Shown here in pieces: positions 1 to 12,792 of a DNA stretch of 64,000 nucleotides; the stretch's first letter is position 1, and each line of letters starts with the position of its first letter. Below the pieces are notes generated by a model that saw only the letters and a program-made list of their open reading frames with translations, searched no databases and had not been told where the DNA came from. Source of the stretch: Eukaryota sp. GEM-RC1 (taxonomy: Eukaryota). Location of the stretch: contig JAUFOQ010000003.1 in NCBI GenBank assembly GCA_040285855.1, positions 186,001 to 250,000 on the forward strand, given 5' to 3'. The translations under genes and the position numbers were made by a program.

Positions 1-3000
1 AAGAAATGACCGATGACCTGGCATTAGCACGCAGTTTCTCATAATCTTTCGGACTACTATTATAAATCCTCAAAGCTCTTTGAATAGCAGCTACAAAGTC
101 ATCAACCTGATATCCTTGAAAAGTGAATCCATTTCCCTCTTCAAGAACGTCAACATCAGGGCAGAACTCATGTACAGTATCTTTCAGACCACCAGTTTCA
201 AAAGCTACTACTGGTGTGCCACACAAAAAGAATTCTTGTTGTACAATACCACCAGGTTCAAACAAAGATGGCATTAAGCCTAAATCACTACCAAGATTAA
301 GTAATTGCCCATCTAAAAAGAATCGATCTGGAGCTGCCCAAAAGTTATTTGGATAGTCATTACGAAGCCTCCAGCATTCGTGAACACATTGTTGACCATA
401 GGGATCGTCCTTGGCCGCCATTCCTCCAATAATGAATTGAAGAGGTCGCCCTGATTGGAGAAGATGACGTGCAGCTGCCAGAATTAAATGAACTCCTTTT
501 TGTTGAGTGAATCTGCCAACAAAACCACAAACAACCTGAGAACTATCAGCAGATCCGAAATACTTTTCTTGTAGTTTAGCCTTTGCATTTACATGGTCAA
601 CTACAGGCAAATCTTTCAAAATCTCTTGAATTGCAGACGTCCGTGTTTCTACATCAACACCATTGTTAATACCAGCAGCTCTTGGGAACTTTGACAAGAA
701 ACAATTCCAAGTTCCGTCATGTTTAATATCCTGAAGATAGGTTTTAGAAACAGTACCAACATTGTCACAAAATTGGAAGGCAGAACGTGATAGGGAAACT
801 CTATTGGAAGGACCAAAGGGATCAATAAAGCAATCAATCCTAATACCCCCAGACAATCTGCTGACGGCATCACTATTAAGGTACATGTAACCCTCGTAAC
901 CAGTTGATAGATTATGAATTAAATGGAAGAATTTAACTTTTTTGGTAGGGAAGAATTGATAGTTCTTTCCAAAAACAGCAGTTGGAGCGGCCATCCAATC
1001 ATTAGTAATAACACACATTTTGTCTGAAACCTCAGAGAATTCCTCTGGTAATACCCCTGGTTTTGTCAGTACTTCTAAAGCACCTTTAGAAAGACCACAA
1101 CAAGCCTTAAACTTGTGACCATCATTAGCAAACTCATAAGGATAATTGAAAAGCTCTTGTGAATGAAGGGAAGATGTGGTAGACTTTCCCATAGAAACCC
1201 TTATGAACTCCCAAACGAACTTGATTGTCAAGCAAAAGGAAACATCGTGCTCCAGGGAGTGCTGGAATTCGTCTTTAAGATAACCAGACTTTTGGTACTT
1301 GTTGTAATGATAGTAGGGAGAAATGACGACGACTTTTTGACCTAGTTCAGCAAGTTTCTGAGAGAGCTCATATACCATGACCCCCAGACCACCGATTGTT
1401 GACCACTTACCTAATTCGGCAGTTACCAAAACAATCAATCCTTGAGTGTTCATTTGGGAAACTTCCTCTAGAATCTTCTTCCCAGTCGAATACATTGGTC
1501 CTTCTGATTTCTTACTTTCAGTCAGAACATCTTTCAACGTATTTAAAGCAGAAGAACCCCAGTGGTGACCAATAGAGTCATAAGAGGCGTGTAGAAGGAA
1601 CTTTTGCAAAACGCTTGAGAATTTGGTTAATAGTTCTGCATTGTTATCGAAATAAGTCAATAGATTGGTGAAGGTAGCTTGGAAATCTTTAGGTTTAGTT
1701 TCAAATAAAGTGATCAACTCGTTTCCAATGAAATTATGCCGATAATCATGACCCTTCTCAAGTGCTTTTAACAACCTTTCAAAAGAATGCTGTACAGCAA
1801 GCTTCTTGTTCTCAAGAGTATCAGGAAGTAGAGCAATCTTGAGAACCATGGATTCACCTGGTTGAAGTACGTGGAGAAGACGTGATTTGACGAACTCGTT
1901 CTTGTCAAATAGTTCTGGTATCATGTCCTTGTCTTTAAAGTTTGAGATTGAAATAACATAACCAGAGTTTGAGGTGGAATCGGTATTGATTGTTTCAGTT
2001 AAGGAGTTCAAGACAGTGTCGTGATCGTGGTAGAAAAAGACCTCACCACTGTCATTGAGAGATAGTGCGATTAGTGCACAGCTTGATAATTCCAAAGACT
2101 TCTGTTTGACTTCTCGAGAAGTTCTAGGACCAATAATTCTAATCCATGATGCAACTTTGAGATGAGTTCCTTCAGAATGTTTGCTTTCAATGGGGACCAA
2201 AAGTCCATAATTCAACACGTCATGTTGAGCTCTTAACGCCATTCTATCCTTAAGATTCTGTCTGAGAGCAAACAGACAATCAGCAAATAACGTATCAATA
2301 CAAGGATAATTGTTCTTAGAAAGAGTTACTAAATCAACAAGAGCCTTCTGATGAGCAAGAGACAATGACGATCCAACAATATTACTAGAGATTTTAACAA
2401 ATTGGAACGATTTCGAAGCGATCTTTTCTAACATTTCCACTGGTTTAAATGAATCGCCAGAGGACAATAACTGAGTAAAGTACTCAGAGATATCTCCAGA
2501 CAATGGAGCACAACCAGAAAGAAGACAAGCATCAGCATAGGAAGTGGAATCGGTATCAATGGCCATTAGAGCAGTTGGGAACTCTAACCAAATTTTAGAG
2601 ATTAATTTTAAAATCACTGGATTTGGCCACGTCATTCCACCTTGCTGAGTTAATTCCCAAAGATTCCTCAAGACTCCTGTCTTTTCATCACCGACAAAAG
2701 AACCAAAGTCAGGGATGTTACCAAGGGAAAATAGAAAAGGTTGCTCTAATGAAAGAACTTTAGGCCAAGCTGCAGTAGCGGGAAGAATAAATCCATTTTC
2801 AAGTTGATTGTCTCTCATAAAGGAGATCAAAACGTCATACAGTGTAGTCCAAAAACGTGATGATCGATAGTTTGGCATCAATCGTCCATCTTTTTTGATT
2901 GGCTTTAGGTCAACTAGTGGTAACGGACCTTCTTCACTATCTAAACCTTCACTCATGACCTCCTTAACAGTAGACAATGAACGATGTCGTTGAACTGGAG

Positions 3001-4487
3001 AAGCAACGTAGATAGGAAGTGCAAGATCCTGGTGACTAGGATCTTCAAAGGTTTGAACAAAATGATGACGTAACCGACTGTCAACAAGACCAAACTTAGG
3101 CTCAATGACGTTGTGGATGGCAGCACAAATCTTGATATCACGAGAACCAGCAGATTTGATTAACTTTTGACATTCTGGTTTTAACACGGGATTTGTCGCC
3201 ATCTCAGCCAATCCATTAACAAACAAAGTGTTAACTGACTTTTGATGGAGTGAACCCAGGGAATTAGCTAGTCCAGCTAAGTCCTTGGCTTTACTTAGGG
3301 TGGAGAATGAAGCTACTTGTTGTGACTCTGTGGGGAAAGCCATTAGCCTTCCAGTATATCTAAGAGCCTCACTAGCATCAGGAACTTTAATCAACTGACC
3401 ATCAGAGGACAGAGTTAGGTAGCAAAAGTCATATAGACCTGGGTGATCAATTGAAATCTGAGAATATTCGTCAAACTCTGACCTTGAGAAGAGATCAACC
3501 TTATAACCATTGGAAGTAGGTTTTTTCAACAGAATAACAAACCTAGTCTGCTCTGTCCACGTGTCTTTTGATGGAGGAACAGGGAGGGAGAAGGTGGATC
3601 CAACAGTAACAGGGGTAACTGGGAAGGGTTCATTGAGTTGTAAAGCCACTCCATCGTAGAGGCAGTTAAGGAGACGAAGAGCCATACAAGCAGCAACTCG
3701 GTCAGCCAGACCCATACATGAGATCAGGAGATCTTCAATCTTTTGGTATATCCTTGACTCAGATATTAGAGTGGGAAGGGAAGAGAACAAGGTCAGCTCG
3801 GATACTGTCAACAAGGATCTGGGATCGGTGGGGATCATAGAGGTGCCAGAGTTCGTCAGAGTAGCGTTGGAAGTGGGTAAGAGGATCACGTTTAATCCAA
3901 CGTTGGGCGAGACTTAGAACAGTTTTGCGGCATTCTACTGGGTTTTCTGGTACGAGAGCAGAGGGGGGAATAAGAGATTGGTTGATGAAGGAGGTGGAAG
4001 AATCAATACAGCCATCGATGAGAGTTGACACCAGAAAAGAATTGAGAAGAGGACGGCAAAAAGAAATTTGACGGATGCAAGAGAGATAGTACAGAGCCTG
4101 AAGCTGAATAACCAGCTGCGAGCCATTGGACTTCGCTGATTTCGTGGTGAAAACAAACGGCGGGAGATTATCTAGCTGACCTTGAGATGAAGGAACCAGT
4201 TCAGCGTATGAGGCATGGATCAGGGCGATCATGTAGTGAATATCAGGAGGATAATGATACACACCTATACCGTCCTTCATCTCATCGGAAATCAGATCAA
4301 TAACAGCAGGATCGATTAATCGAGGAACGTCTTTCGCAACAGTTCGGCAATTATCAAGGAAGCGGTTAGAGCTAGTGACTTTCGACGGCTCTTTGATCAA
4401 AGAGATGAGCTTGGCGTTTAAATGAAGTGATGGGCCAGTCACAACACTAGGCTTGACAATGACTGGAGAATCATCATGTGCAGTCAT
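1..4487 (-). CDS. Large GT5-type glycogen/starch synthase with ~1000-aa N-terminal extension; runs off the window start; one +1 frameshift near 3775
   Basis: Manual minus-strand translation gives LVTAELGKWSTIGGLGV (~1390-1430), VITNDWMAAP (~990), GFVGRFTQQKGV (~500-530) and LMPSLFEPGGIVQQEF (~230-280). ORF 3759-4574 (likely ATG 4487) joins the frame that is open from ~3780 to base 1, which is absent from the ORF track because it has no stop in the window. Confidence 0.85.
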
Positions 4488-5045
4488 CTTGAAAGAAAAA
4501 TGGTATACAAGAAGGAATTTTTTTTGGAAGAAGAGGTCCGGAGAAGTCGAGGTCGTCAGGTTGTCATTTCGCAATCCAGAAATCTGACTCTCAAGAAGTC
4601 ATTTCCGAACAATAACTCTTTTGTAGGACTTACACAATGCATTAATTTGGTCTTTGGTAGCATCATGTGGAAATTACCACAAGTTAGAATCTGATTATAG
4701 TCAGTTTGAAACTATAACTCCTATTCACAACTACAATACAATAGAAGAACTTAAGGATAGTCTATGAGTATAAATTACAACGTGGCCTTTGTTGTTGGCA
4801 ATTGACTGAAAAGTGTTTACCGCAAACTTTTTAGCTAGGCAACTCTTATATCTCTCTGTCATTCATATAGCTTATGTCCGTTTATGTACGTTAATACTGT
4901 GTTAAACATGATTCATATTGTAGATCAATGATGAACATGTTAGAAGAAGTTTTGAAAAGAACTTCTACATGTACGTACTGTAATTTTCTCTCTTCCAGTG
5001 ATCTAACCGGGTCACTATTATTTGACATTAATAAGCTATTAGCTT

Positions 5046-5981
5046 ATGTCCGTTTCTCCTTCAGGTGAAGAATTCTCTCGAAGGCTCTCTAATCTTCGAG
5101 AAGTTAACACCTCTCTACGAAACATGGTTTCCAGATTTGAATCAGCTTCAGATTCACCACCACGACAATCTCCTCAATATTCTCCCAGTCTTTCTCCTTT
5201 TGCTACTTCCTCACGAGAGTCTGTCCCTGATGATGAATCTGTAGTTGCTCGATATCTAGCTCAGCAAAAGAAAGAATATTCTCAAAACATTGCACGTGTA
5301 GCTCTTCAATCTAAAAGTGAAATATCAGAGTTACAGCAACAACTAGCTCTCGCTGTTCAAAGAGCTGAATCTGCTGAAAGACTTGCAAAAGACCTAGAGA
5401 GTCAGAACAAGTTTCTAGTATCAGAGAATTCTAAACTAAAACAGCAAGAAGAAGGCTCACAGTCAAAGCTACAGGATATTTCCGCTCAAATCCAGGAGCT
5501 GTCTACAGAGAATCAATCATTAACTGACCTAAGTAACCAATGTGAGACACATATTAAGAAGTTGAATGAATCATTTGATGAGGAGAAGTCGAAGTTGTTA
5601 CAAGATTTTGAAGACTATGAAGCTAAGTATACAACACAGTTACTTACTTTTGAGGAAACTAAGCGAGTTAATTCTACTCTAAAGCACCAAAATCAACAGT
5701 TGTCCTCTGAACTAACTACTTGCAAAGCTAGGAAGGAGAAGCTAGAATCAGACATTGAACACATTAGAAAATCCATACCGCCGTCTTTACTTGGTTCTTC
5801 TGATAACATTGATACCGCCACATTGTTGTCCAATGCTCTAAGTTCAATTAAAGAAGAGTCCTCAACTCTCTATGAATCTCAACTTCAACAACTAATTGAT
5901 GAGTCTATTGGTCTTTTAGATGATCTGCCTCAACCACTATCTTTAAAGAGTTTTGTTGAAAGTCTTGGTATAACACATTGA
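5046..5981 (+). CDS. Coiled-coil protein, function unknown
   Basis: 311-aa ORF with E/K/Q/L heptad-like composition. Confidence 0.75.
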   Translation: MSVSPSGEEFSRRLSNLREVNTSLRNMVSRFESASDSPPRQSPQYSPSLSPFATSSRESVPDDESVVARYLAQQKKEYSQNIARVALQSKSEISELQQQLALAVQRAESAERLAKDLESQNKFLVSENSKLKQQEEGSQSKLQDISAQIQELSTENQSLTDLSNQCETHIKKLNESFDEEKSKLLQDFEDYEAKYTTQLLTFEETKRVNSTLKHQNQQLSSELTTCKARKEKLESDIEHIRKSIPPSLLGSSDNIDTATLLSNALSSIKEESSTLYESQLQQLIDESIGLLDDLPQPLSLKSFVESLGITH

Positions 5982-6046
5982 CTTGATTGTAATATATAAA
6001 TGATTGGAAGTTGTATTTGTTTATGTGATATATTTACAAAGTTGTT

Positions 6047-6652
6047 CTATACAAAGTACTGGCCAATAAGGTGTTCAACAAACACTTTTGACAGTTGAGG
6101 GAAGAAGCTTGGTTCTGTACACGTGATATGAGCTGGAAGATGTTTGGATCTAAGAACTGACCGTGTCATACTCAAAGAAGGTGATGGTTGTTGTGTGGAA
6201 GCACAAATAAAGGCAGTTAACAAACTGCTTGCTAAGGGTGCTAGTGGAGGATACAGCTTATTAACAGAGGAGTAAGTAACATCGTAACATATTCCTCGTT
6301 TTGCGCTGTTTAGAAAGGAGATGGACGATCGTTTGATATTGTTTGCTGCATAGAAAGCTAGAGTGGATCCAGCGAGACCTCGAACACCCATAGGAAGAAA
6401 CTGTAAGGGACCTTTCAGACTTAGATGATATGTCACTAGCCAGGAAGAGTTGCTGAACAGTGAAGCATATCCTGATGGTGAGAGTTTAGTACTTTTCACA
6501 TAATGTTTGTAGAAAAACTTTGCACAACGATAGTATGGAGAGTGTTTGGTAGATTTGATTGTGGAAATGATAGCAGGACTGTTAGAAAGAACAGATCCTA
6601 GTACAGATGCTGATAAGCCAGCAAAGAAGGCCTTGGAACTTTGTTGTATCAT
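6047..6652 (-). CDS. Uncharacterised hydrophobic/basic protein (~200 aa)
   Basis: ORF 6047-6706; first ATG at 6652 (MIQQSSKAFFAGLSASV). Confidence 0.6.
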   Translation of the reverse strand: MIQQSSKAFFAGLSASVLGSVLSNSPAIISTIKSTKHSPYYRCAKFFYKHYVKSTKLSPSGYASLFSNSSWLVTYHLSLKGPLQFLPMGVRGLAGSTLAFYAANNIKRSSISFLNSAKRGICYDVTYSSVNKLYPPLAPLASSLLTAFICASTQQPSPSLSMTRSVLRSKHLPAHITCTEPSFFPQLSKVFVEHLIGQYFV

Positions 6653-6784
6653 ACGAAACTCAACGATAAGAGGGTTTGTCCCTCTTGTAGTAAAACAGAA
6701 TTCCAACAGGATTTCTGTAACTGTTACAAAAAATAGTTAGATCTGACGACACCAACTTACCACGTACAATGTACACTAACCAAA

Positions 6785-7030
6785 ACTAGAAGACATTAGT
6801 TAAAGTATCTGAACTAAACTCCACCTGACTAGAATCAAATCATTTAGCTAAAATAGAATTGAAATATCTATATATCGACCGAAACAACGCAAAAGTCAAT
6901 CTTGATAGACAAAATCCCGCATTGAACGTGTTTTAATACTCTAAACACAATTTTCCAAAAGAGACTAAAAACTGATACGCTGTGTGACACAGCAAAAGAC
7001 TGAAAAAACAAAACAATTATATCTATCAGC
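6785..7030 (-). mobile_element. Degenerate 3' relic of RLE-type non-LTR retrotransposon
   Basis: Minus strand reads FQSFAVS...LSRLTFALFRSIYRYFNSILAK*, which aligns by eye with the C-termini at 58962-59200 and 11800-12047. Confidence 0.6.
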
Positions 7031-7065
7031 ATTCAGCCTAACTATTACATATGTCATTGTGTGCC

Positions 7066-7720
7066 CAGGGCAGTGATCGTCAAAATACAAAACCGTAAAT
7101 ACGGTAACTTTTTGAACAACTCCGTAAATAAATAATTTCCGCGGTTTACGGAACGTTATATTTTACGGCAACAATGCTATTTTCCGTAAATAAGTACAAT
7201 ACGGAACCGTATTTCACCGTAAATTTACTTTTGGGTTTCCACGCAACTACAACAAGAAATGTTATCAAACTGTTCGTTTGTTTGAAGTGAAAACCATCGT
7301 AAAAATAATATGTATTTTTAACGCCACAATCCTCTTATTTTAGTTTTGGCAAAGTTTGGCACATCATTCTGAACAATATTTTTCTGATGTTCCGAAGATT
7401 CAAAACTTTAATAAACATCAAAAAGATCAGTTTTGGCATGACACAGAGTGTCTATGTATCACTTACCCTTCTTAATCCAAGCCAAAAATCGCGTTTGGTA
7501 GTACTTACACATGTAGCAGCCAGAAGAGATTACATAATGATACCTGACAGGATGTTACGGGTCTTCCAGCTTCATGAAGCAGTATTTGAAACGTATCGTC
7601 TTGACATTGTTTACGGAAAAATACATCTTTCACGGAAAACAATAGTAGGTACCGTACCGTATTTACGGCAATTCCGTAAATACGCTATTTTTATTTTACG
7701 GTTTGATTTTACTGGCGCAG
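7066..7720. mobile_element. Degenerate non-autonomous TIR element (probably hAT-derived)
   Basis: Many subterminal CCGTAAA/TTTACGG motifs are clustered at both ends in inverted arrangement; a clean TIR or TSD was not resolved. Confidence 0.5.
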
Positions 7721-7899
7721 GATGACACATCCCCACAAACGCTAATCCAATCCTTGTTGTTAACGTTGTGCTAGAAACTCCAGTATATATTAATGATTGA
7801 TTATACATGAGCCGGTTTTTTATGTTCCATTTAATGTAATTTGAATACTTTTTTAATACTTTATTTACCTTAAACTAACTTTACGGAACAACAACAGTA

Positions 7900-8470
7900 A
7901 GACAAATACAAAAACTAAAACTCAATTTCAATATAGAAACATTCGTTGCCATTAAAACTGACATCAGATAAAATATGATATAATCTGATATTTCTTCATA
8001 AAATATACTGGGTGCTAATTGAATTTTTGAAACCATAATCGGAATTGTTTTAATTAATGTGAAGACAATACGATTCAACCTAAATTTAAAATCAAATTTC
8101 TTGTTCAGTCTTTTTTGACAACTTTCTCAAAATCAGAGGGAAAACAAAGCGCATCTTGACCAAGTTGATCATAAATTGAAATTGCAAAACAACATAATTT
8201 GTACTCAACATGTCTACATGTAGTATGTTTGAGAGCAGTCAAGGGAACATCATATTTGTTTCTCTTATATTGTTCTGAAAAATCAAGTGGAGACACTTCA
8301 TTTTTAGCATCCTTGAATGCACTTTTTTTGCAAACATCCACAGTAATCACATCAACAACCTTCAGTTCATTAAATGTAATAGACTAAACAACAAAAATTG
8401 ATATCATTAAAACAACCCGTCGCTATCTATTCTTACAACAGATTTGTCATCGTAAAAGGAACTCACAGCT
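7900..8470 (-). mobile_element. Degenerate RLE-domain relic of non-LTR retrotransposon
   Basis: DVITVDVC...PL...E..KRNKY...FAISIY.QLG (ORF 8105-8350), then NRIVFTL (ORF 7881-8078), in the same motif order as ORF 11061-12047. Confidence 0.7.
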
Positions 8471-8637
8471 AATAAAGATTGTGCCGGTATTGGTTTTTCA
8501 ATCAATCGATTGATGCTGATCTCCGATCGGAATTTTATTCCAGTATTTGATTCAACATTGATGACCCCAAGATAAGGAGTCCGAGTTGGTTAAGGAGTAT
8601 TCCTACAATAGCAACAATCAATATTGGTAACCAAAAA

Positions 8638-8719
8638 TGCACAGGACGAGACTCGAACTCGCGCGGCTCACGCCATTGGGGCTTAAATCCAACTCCTTAA
8701 CCAACTCGGACACCTGTGC
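8638..8719 (-). tRNA. tRNA-Leu(UAA)
   Basis: GCACAGG/CCTGTGC acceptor stem, D-arm GTCCGAGTTGGTTAAGGAG, anticodon loop TTTAAGC, long variable arm, GTTCGAGTC T-loop, followed by a T5 terminator. Confidence 0.93.
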
Positions 8720-8788
8720 AGATGAAGTTGATCATCATGATTGGGATGATGAAGTATAACAGTTAAACTGTCAATAAATGCTCATAAG

Positions 8789-9442
8789 CATAGTTGTGGA
8801 TACCTATGTCCCAATAAAAAGAATACCTAATACCTACCAAAATACCAAAATACCGAATACCTCAGCCTGATACCTGAATGCCCAGAAAAATGATTGAACA
8901 CATTATCGAAGCTACAATTTGTAATTTATATAACCTGTTGTACAAACATCTAACTCAACAATATACAGTGCTACAAACTATGTTACTCGTCGCTTCGTCT
9001 TGTTTTTCTTCCACTTTGGCATAGTCCAACCCTATGGTTGACAACCATTACACATGATATCCACAAGTTCTTTCTTGATAACCTTGGCTGTGACAAGCTT
9101 CCACAATGGGTTCTTAGAAGTTTGCCTAATGGTGGCAAAAGAAGTGTCCTTTTTTGGGAAATGATGATTCAAAGAGAAGGTTGGCAACAATTCAACAAAC
9201 AGTTTTAATCTGGTGTTGACTTAGAGCACTTACACTGTATCCATTTGTTCAAAAATAGAAGACTTGATTAATCCAAATGAATGTACTTAACAAAATTAAT
9301 ACATGTACTATTTAAATGTAGCGTTAGAAAGGTACTTTTGGTAGTGACAGGTATCTCCAATATGAGACATGAAAAGAACTAATACCTACCTCAATACCTA
9401 ATACATACCGAAATACCTCGAATTCAGGTATACACAACTATG
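8789..9442. mobile_element. hAT-type non-autonomous element, 654 bp
   Basis: TIRs CATAGTTGTGGATACCT / AGGTATACACAACTATG; 8-bp TSD CTCATAAG at 8781-8788 and 9443-9450; subterminal AATACC repeats. Confidence 0.9.
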
Positions 9443-11060
9443 CTCATAAGGGATCAACAACTAAACCATGAAAAATTCATTTTAAATTACAAAATACAAA
9501 AAGTCTTGATGTGATTAACAACACTCATCACGGAGACTTACATGGTCTCTTATTCCAATCAAACTATGTTTGATGGTACAACAGTAAATCCGCGTGATCA
9601 AACTTAATATGAATATGTGAAAGCATGACTGTAGTTGATTATAACCACTTAGCTACGACAGAAAAACCTACAATAGATTAGCAGGAAAGTTTGCTATTTG
9701 TAAGTATGTTAGTACTGGTGAATCAATTAGTTATTTCACCAATATGCACGTAGATTGGATCCATGTGAAAGTTTTCAGCGTAACAGATTCAATTTACCAA
9801 TTTGGCGAACCGTTTGATTTTTACTCTGTTCCGATCATAATGAATCGTCACTAAGTTGTATAAGAACAGTGGCACTGTTGATCAAGAATTTATTATGCCA
9901 TAATTAATGGATTCTACTATCTATTTTCGTCTGCTTCGGGTGCAACCCTCTACGAAAGAAAAAAAAGATTCAGTTGAATTACAATGTAAGTTTTTACCAA
10001 AGCGTTTTATAGCGGGTTTCATGGTACGAAGAAATTTGATTCAATATATCGGTGTATAGTCCAGAAATGGATCGAAACATTGGTCCTTTGTTGATGCCGT
10101 AGCTAAAAGAAATTTAATATTGGTTAAAGAAATTTGGGATGATCTCGATGTGGCAGAAGATGGTCGACGCTATTAGGTTTATGTTGGGAGACCAGCCAGC
10201 GAATTATATTGCCGAATTTCTACATCTCAAATTTCCACAATGAAAGACCCATGTAGATTCACTACACATCTAACAAAAGCAAAAGGTAAACGTGCTGCAA
10301 AAATTCAATCACAGAAGAACAAAAACTTTCACGAATGTCTTGGACATCAGCCAATCACATCAGTCAAACAAAATTTCAAAATTCTGATTTACTTTGATGA
10401 ATATGGTTTGGACACTGTTTGGAAACAGGGACTGGCAACAATTTATTGGTATTGCAATATATTGGTATTGGCAATAGTTTTTATTGATTGCAACCCGTTT
10501 TCGAATTATTTTCCAATACCAATATATTGCCAATAGTTCTTTTCTTTGTTGTAAAATGTGCCTACTTCTTGAAGATTAATTGTTCAGAATTCTTCAAGGT
10601 GTACCTTTTGAAACTTGACTTGAATATAAAAAGTGTCATAAACAGCAACACCTTTGAAACAGTTTGGGCTTCATTTCATTCACCCATGGGCAGACATGAA
10701 TGAGCCAGATGCTATTGCTGAACATTTCTTTCGTGATTGAAGGTGCTTTTGTTGTAGTTACGTTGGACTGTTTATCGGAGGATGGTAAAAGATACTCAGT
10801 TTACAAAAATTGCCTCAGCTGGTTAGGTCGCTCAACTATTTCTATGCTCATCGATTATGAGCCAAAAGTATCCAAAACGTTTGGATTAAATTGGAATTAG
10901 CACCCCATGGCGCCAAACAGTTTACTATAATGATTGGTCGAGGAACTTTGTGATTAAGGCAAATGACGGAGATGATCACTTATCAGGTATTTTAAATAGA
11001 ATATTCCAATATGACCAATAAAGTACTAATGAAGGAAGCATATTTCATTGTATCGCACTG

Positions 11061-12120
11061 TTGTTTTTGTCTCCTGAAATGTGGGAATCTTTGTTTCCTG
11101 CTCATTTGAAGGAGACTCCTTTAACAAATATTTCGTCTCTACCGTCTGCTGTATGTAAGCTGCAAAATAAATTGACAAAGGAGTTTGAACTCTTGGTCTT
11201 TAATAATCGTATTAGCTTGGCTAAAACTAATAGTCCCGAGTTCGCTACTTTTTTAATTGACCTTTGTAATAGTGGACCTTCTGGATTTATTTCTCAAATT
11301 CCTAAGATTTACGAATTACGTCTATCTGATGAAGCTTGGAAGATCAATTTGCGTCTTCGTTTGGCTATTTGGCCTGCAAATTTATTACACTATTCAACTT
11401 GCTCTTGTGGAGCTAATGGTGTTTTTCGTCATTTAATTAATTGTCGCTATTTTATTCATCTACGTGCAGTAATTCATGATGGTGTACGTGATTCTTGTTA
11501 TTCCATGTTTAATGCACATGGTTTTCACTCTAAAGTTGAACCAGTTTTGAATCATCTTTCAGAACATGAATTTACTGATCAAAAAAGAGGGGATCTACAT
11601 ACTTCGTGGCTTAAATCGAGTCAATCATTAATGGATTTTACTACAGTAGATGTATGTAACAAATCTTGTGTTAGTAGGATATTAGATTCTTATTTTAATC
11701 CACTAACAGCTGCTGAAAAGCTCAAACACTCCAAGTATGACTCTCAAGTAGAAGAATTAAACAGAAACTCATATTGCAAATTTGTCTTTCAACCTTTTGC
11801 TGTTTCTCTTTTTGGATCTATTAGTCCTGCTGGTGATCATTTTTTCAAGGATTTCGAAGAATTGTGTAAAGAAAAGAACCGTAAGTTTAGAATGGCTGAA
11901 TGGAAAAACCGTATTGTGTTTTCCATATATCGGAATATGCCTTTCTATTTCTCTAGATTAATTGAGAAATTGTACAAGTTTGGTGTGAAGGTTAATGTTG
12001 ATAAACGTAATCTTTTACCGGGTGGTGATGAAGTCGTTTGGATTTAATCTTAGTATTATTTGTTTGTTTTTACAATTTCATAGTTTGTAGGAAGGTTATC
12101 TTATTGGGTGCCGAATAATG
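11061..12120 (+). mobile_element. 5'-truncated non-LTR retrotransposon (RLE class, CRE/R2-like C-terminus: CCHC knuckle plus restriction-like endonuclease) with 3' UTR
   Basis: 328-aa ORF with LRLRL, CSCG..HLINC, HDGVRD, RGDL, DFTTVD, EKLKHSKY and FQPFAVSLFG. No RT core is present. Confidence 0.8.
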
Positions 12121-12490
12121 GTTATTGAAATTTCATTTTTATGATAATTGTTTGATAGAATGTCGAAGAAGGGAATACTATCCAAGCGGTATTTTTAAAA
12201 AAGCCCACTTTACAGTTTTTACCAAAGCGTTGAATATTACGTTGGAATTATAGCACGATAATATAATCGCGCTTATATTACTTTATATTATTACTTTTAT
12301 AGTGCGTAAATTAGAGGGCCTGCCAACCCTTAAAATTGAATGATGTTCTCCATACTGAACTGCGTAGTTCTTAAGAAAGAGTTGGAATTACAATCTAAGT
12401 TCTTAAGCGCGTCAAGCTTGAGTTCAATTAATTTAGTACGGGTCAAATTTCACATCAATATTGTGCCCACCCCTGTACAACTCATGAATC

Positions 12491-12561
12491 GCGTGGATAG
12501 TACAATGGTAGTATGCCTGCCTTCCAAGCAGATGACCCGGGTTCGATTCCCGGTCCATGCA
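12491..12561 (+). tRNA. tRNA-Gly(UCC)
   Basis: GCGTGGA/TCCATGC acceptor stem, TAGTACAATGGTAGTA D-arm, anticodon loop CTTCCAA, GTTCGATTC T-loop, TTTT downstream. Confidence 0.93.
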
Positions 12562-12792
12562 TTTTGTAATCATCATGTAGGTGTTAAATTTTTCACCTAA
12601 ATCCACGGGTATATAACGTGTATTCCACAAATGCTGTCTTCTATTCTTAGATAATAGTTAACACAAAAACAAGATTAATCCAGGACTGTATTCTAGAACT
12701 AAACCTAAGAAGACCTCAAAACAAAACTATCATAATACACAAGACATTGCTACAACAATCACCATGATCAAAAATCAAAAAATCTACTGTAA

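Noticed and set aside
9500..11050. Short ORFs and a CAGGG-initiated TATTGG-rich segment at ~10426
   Set aside because: Probably decayed transposon ends; no matching TIR, TSD or protein motif was found.
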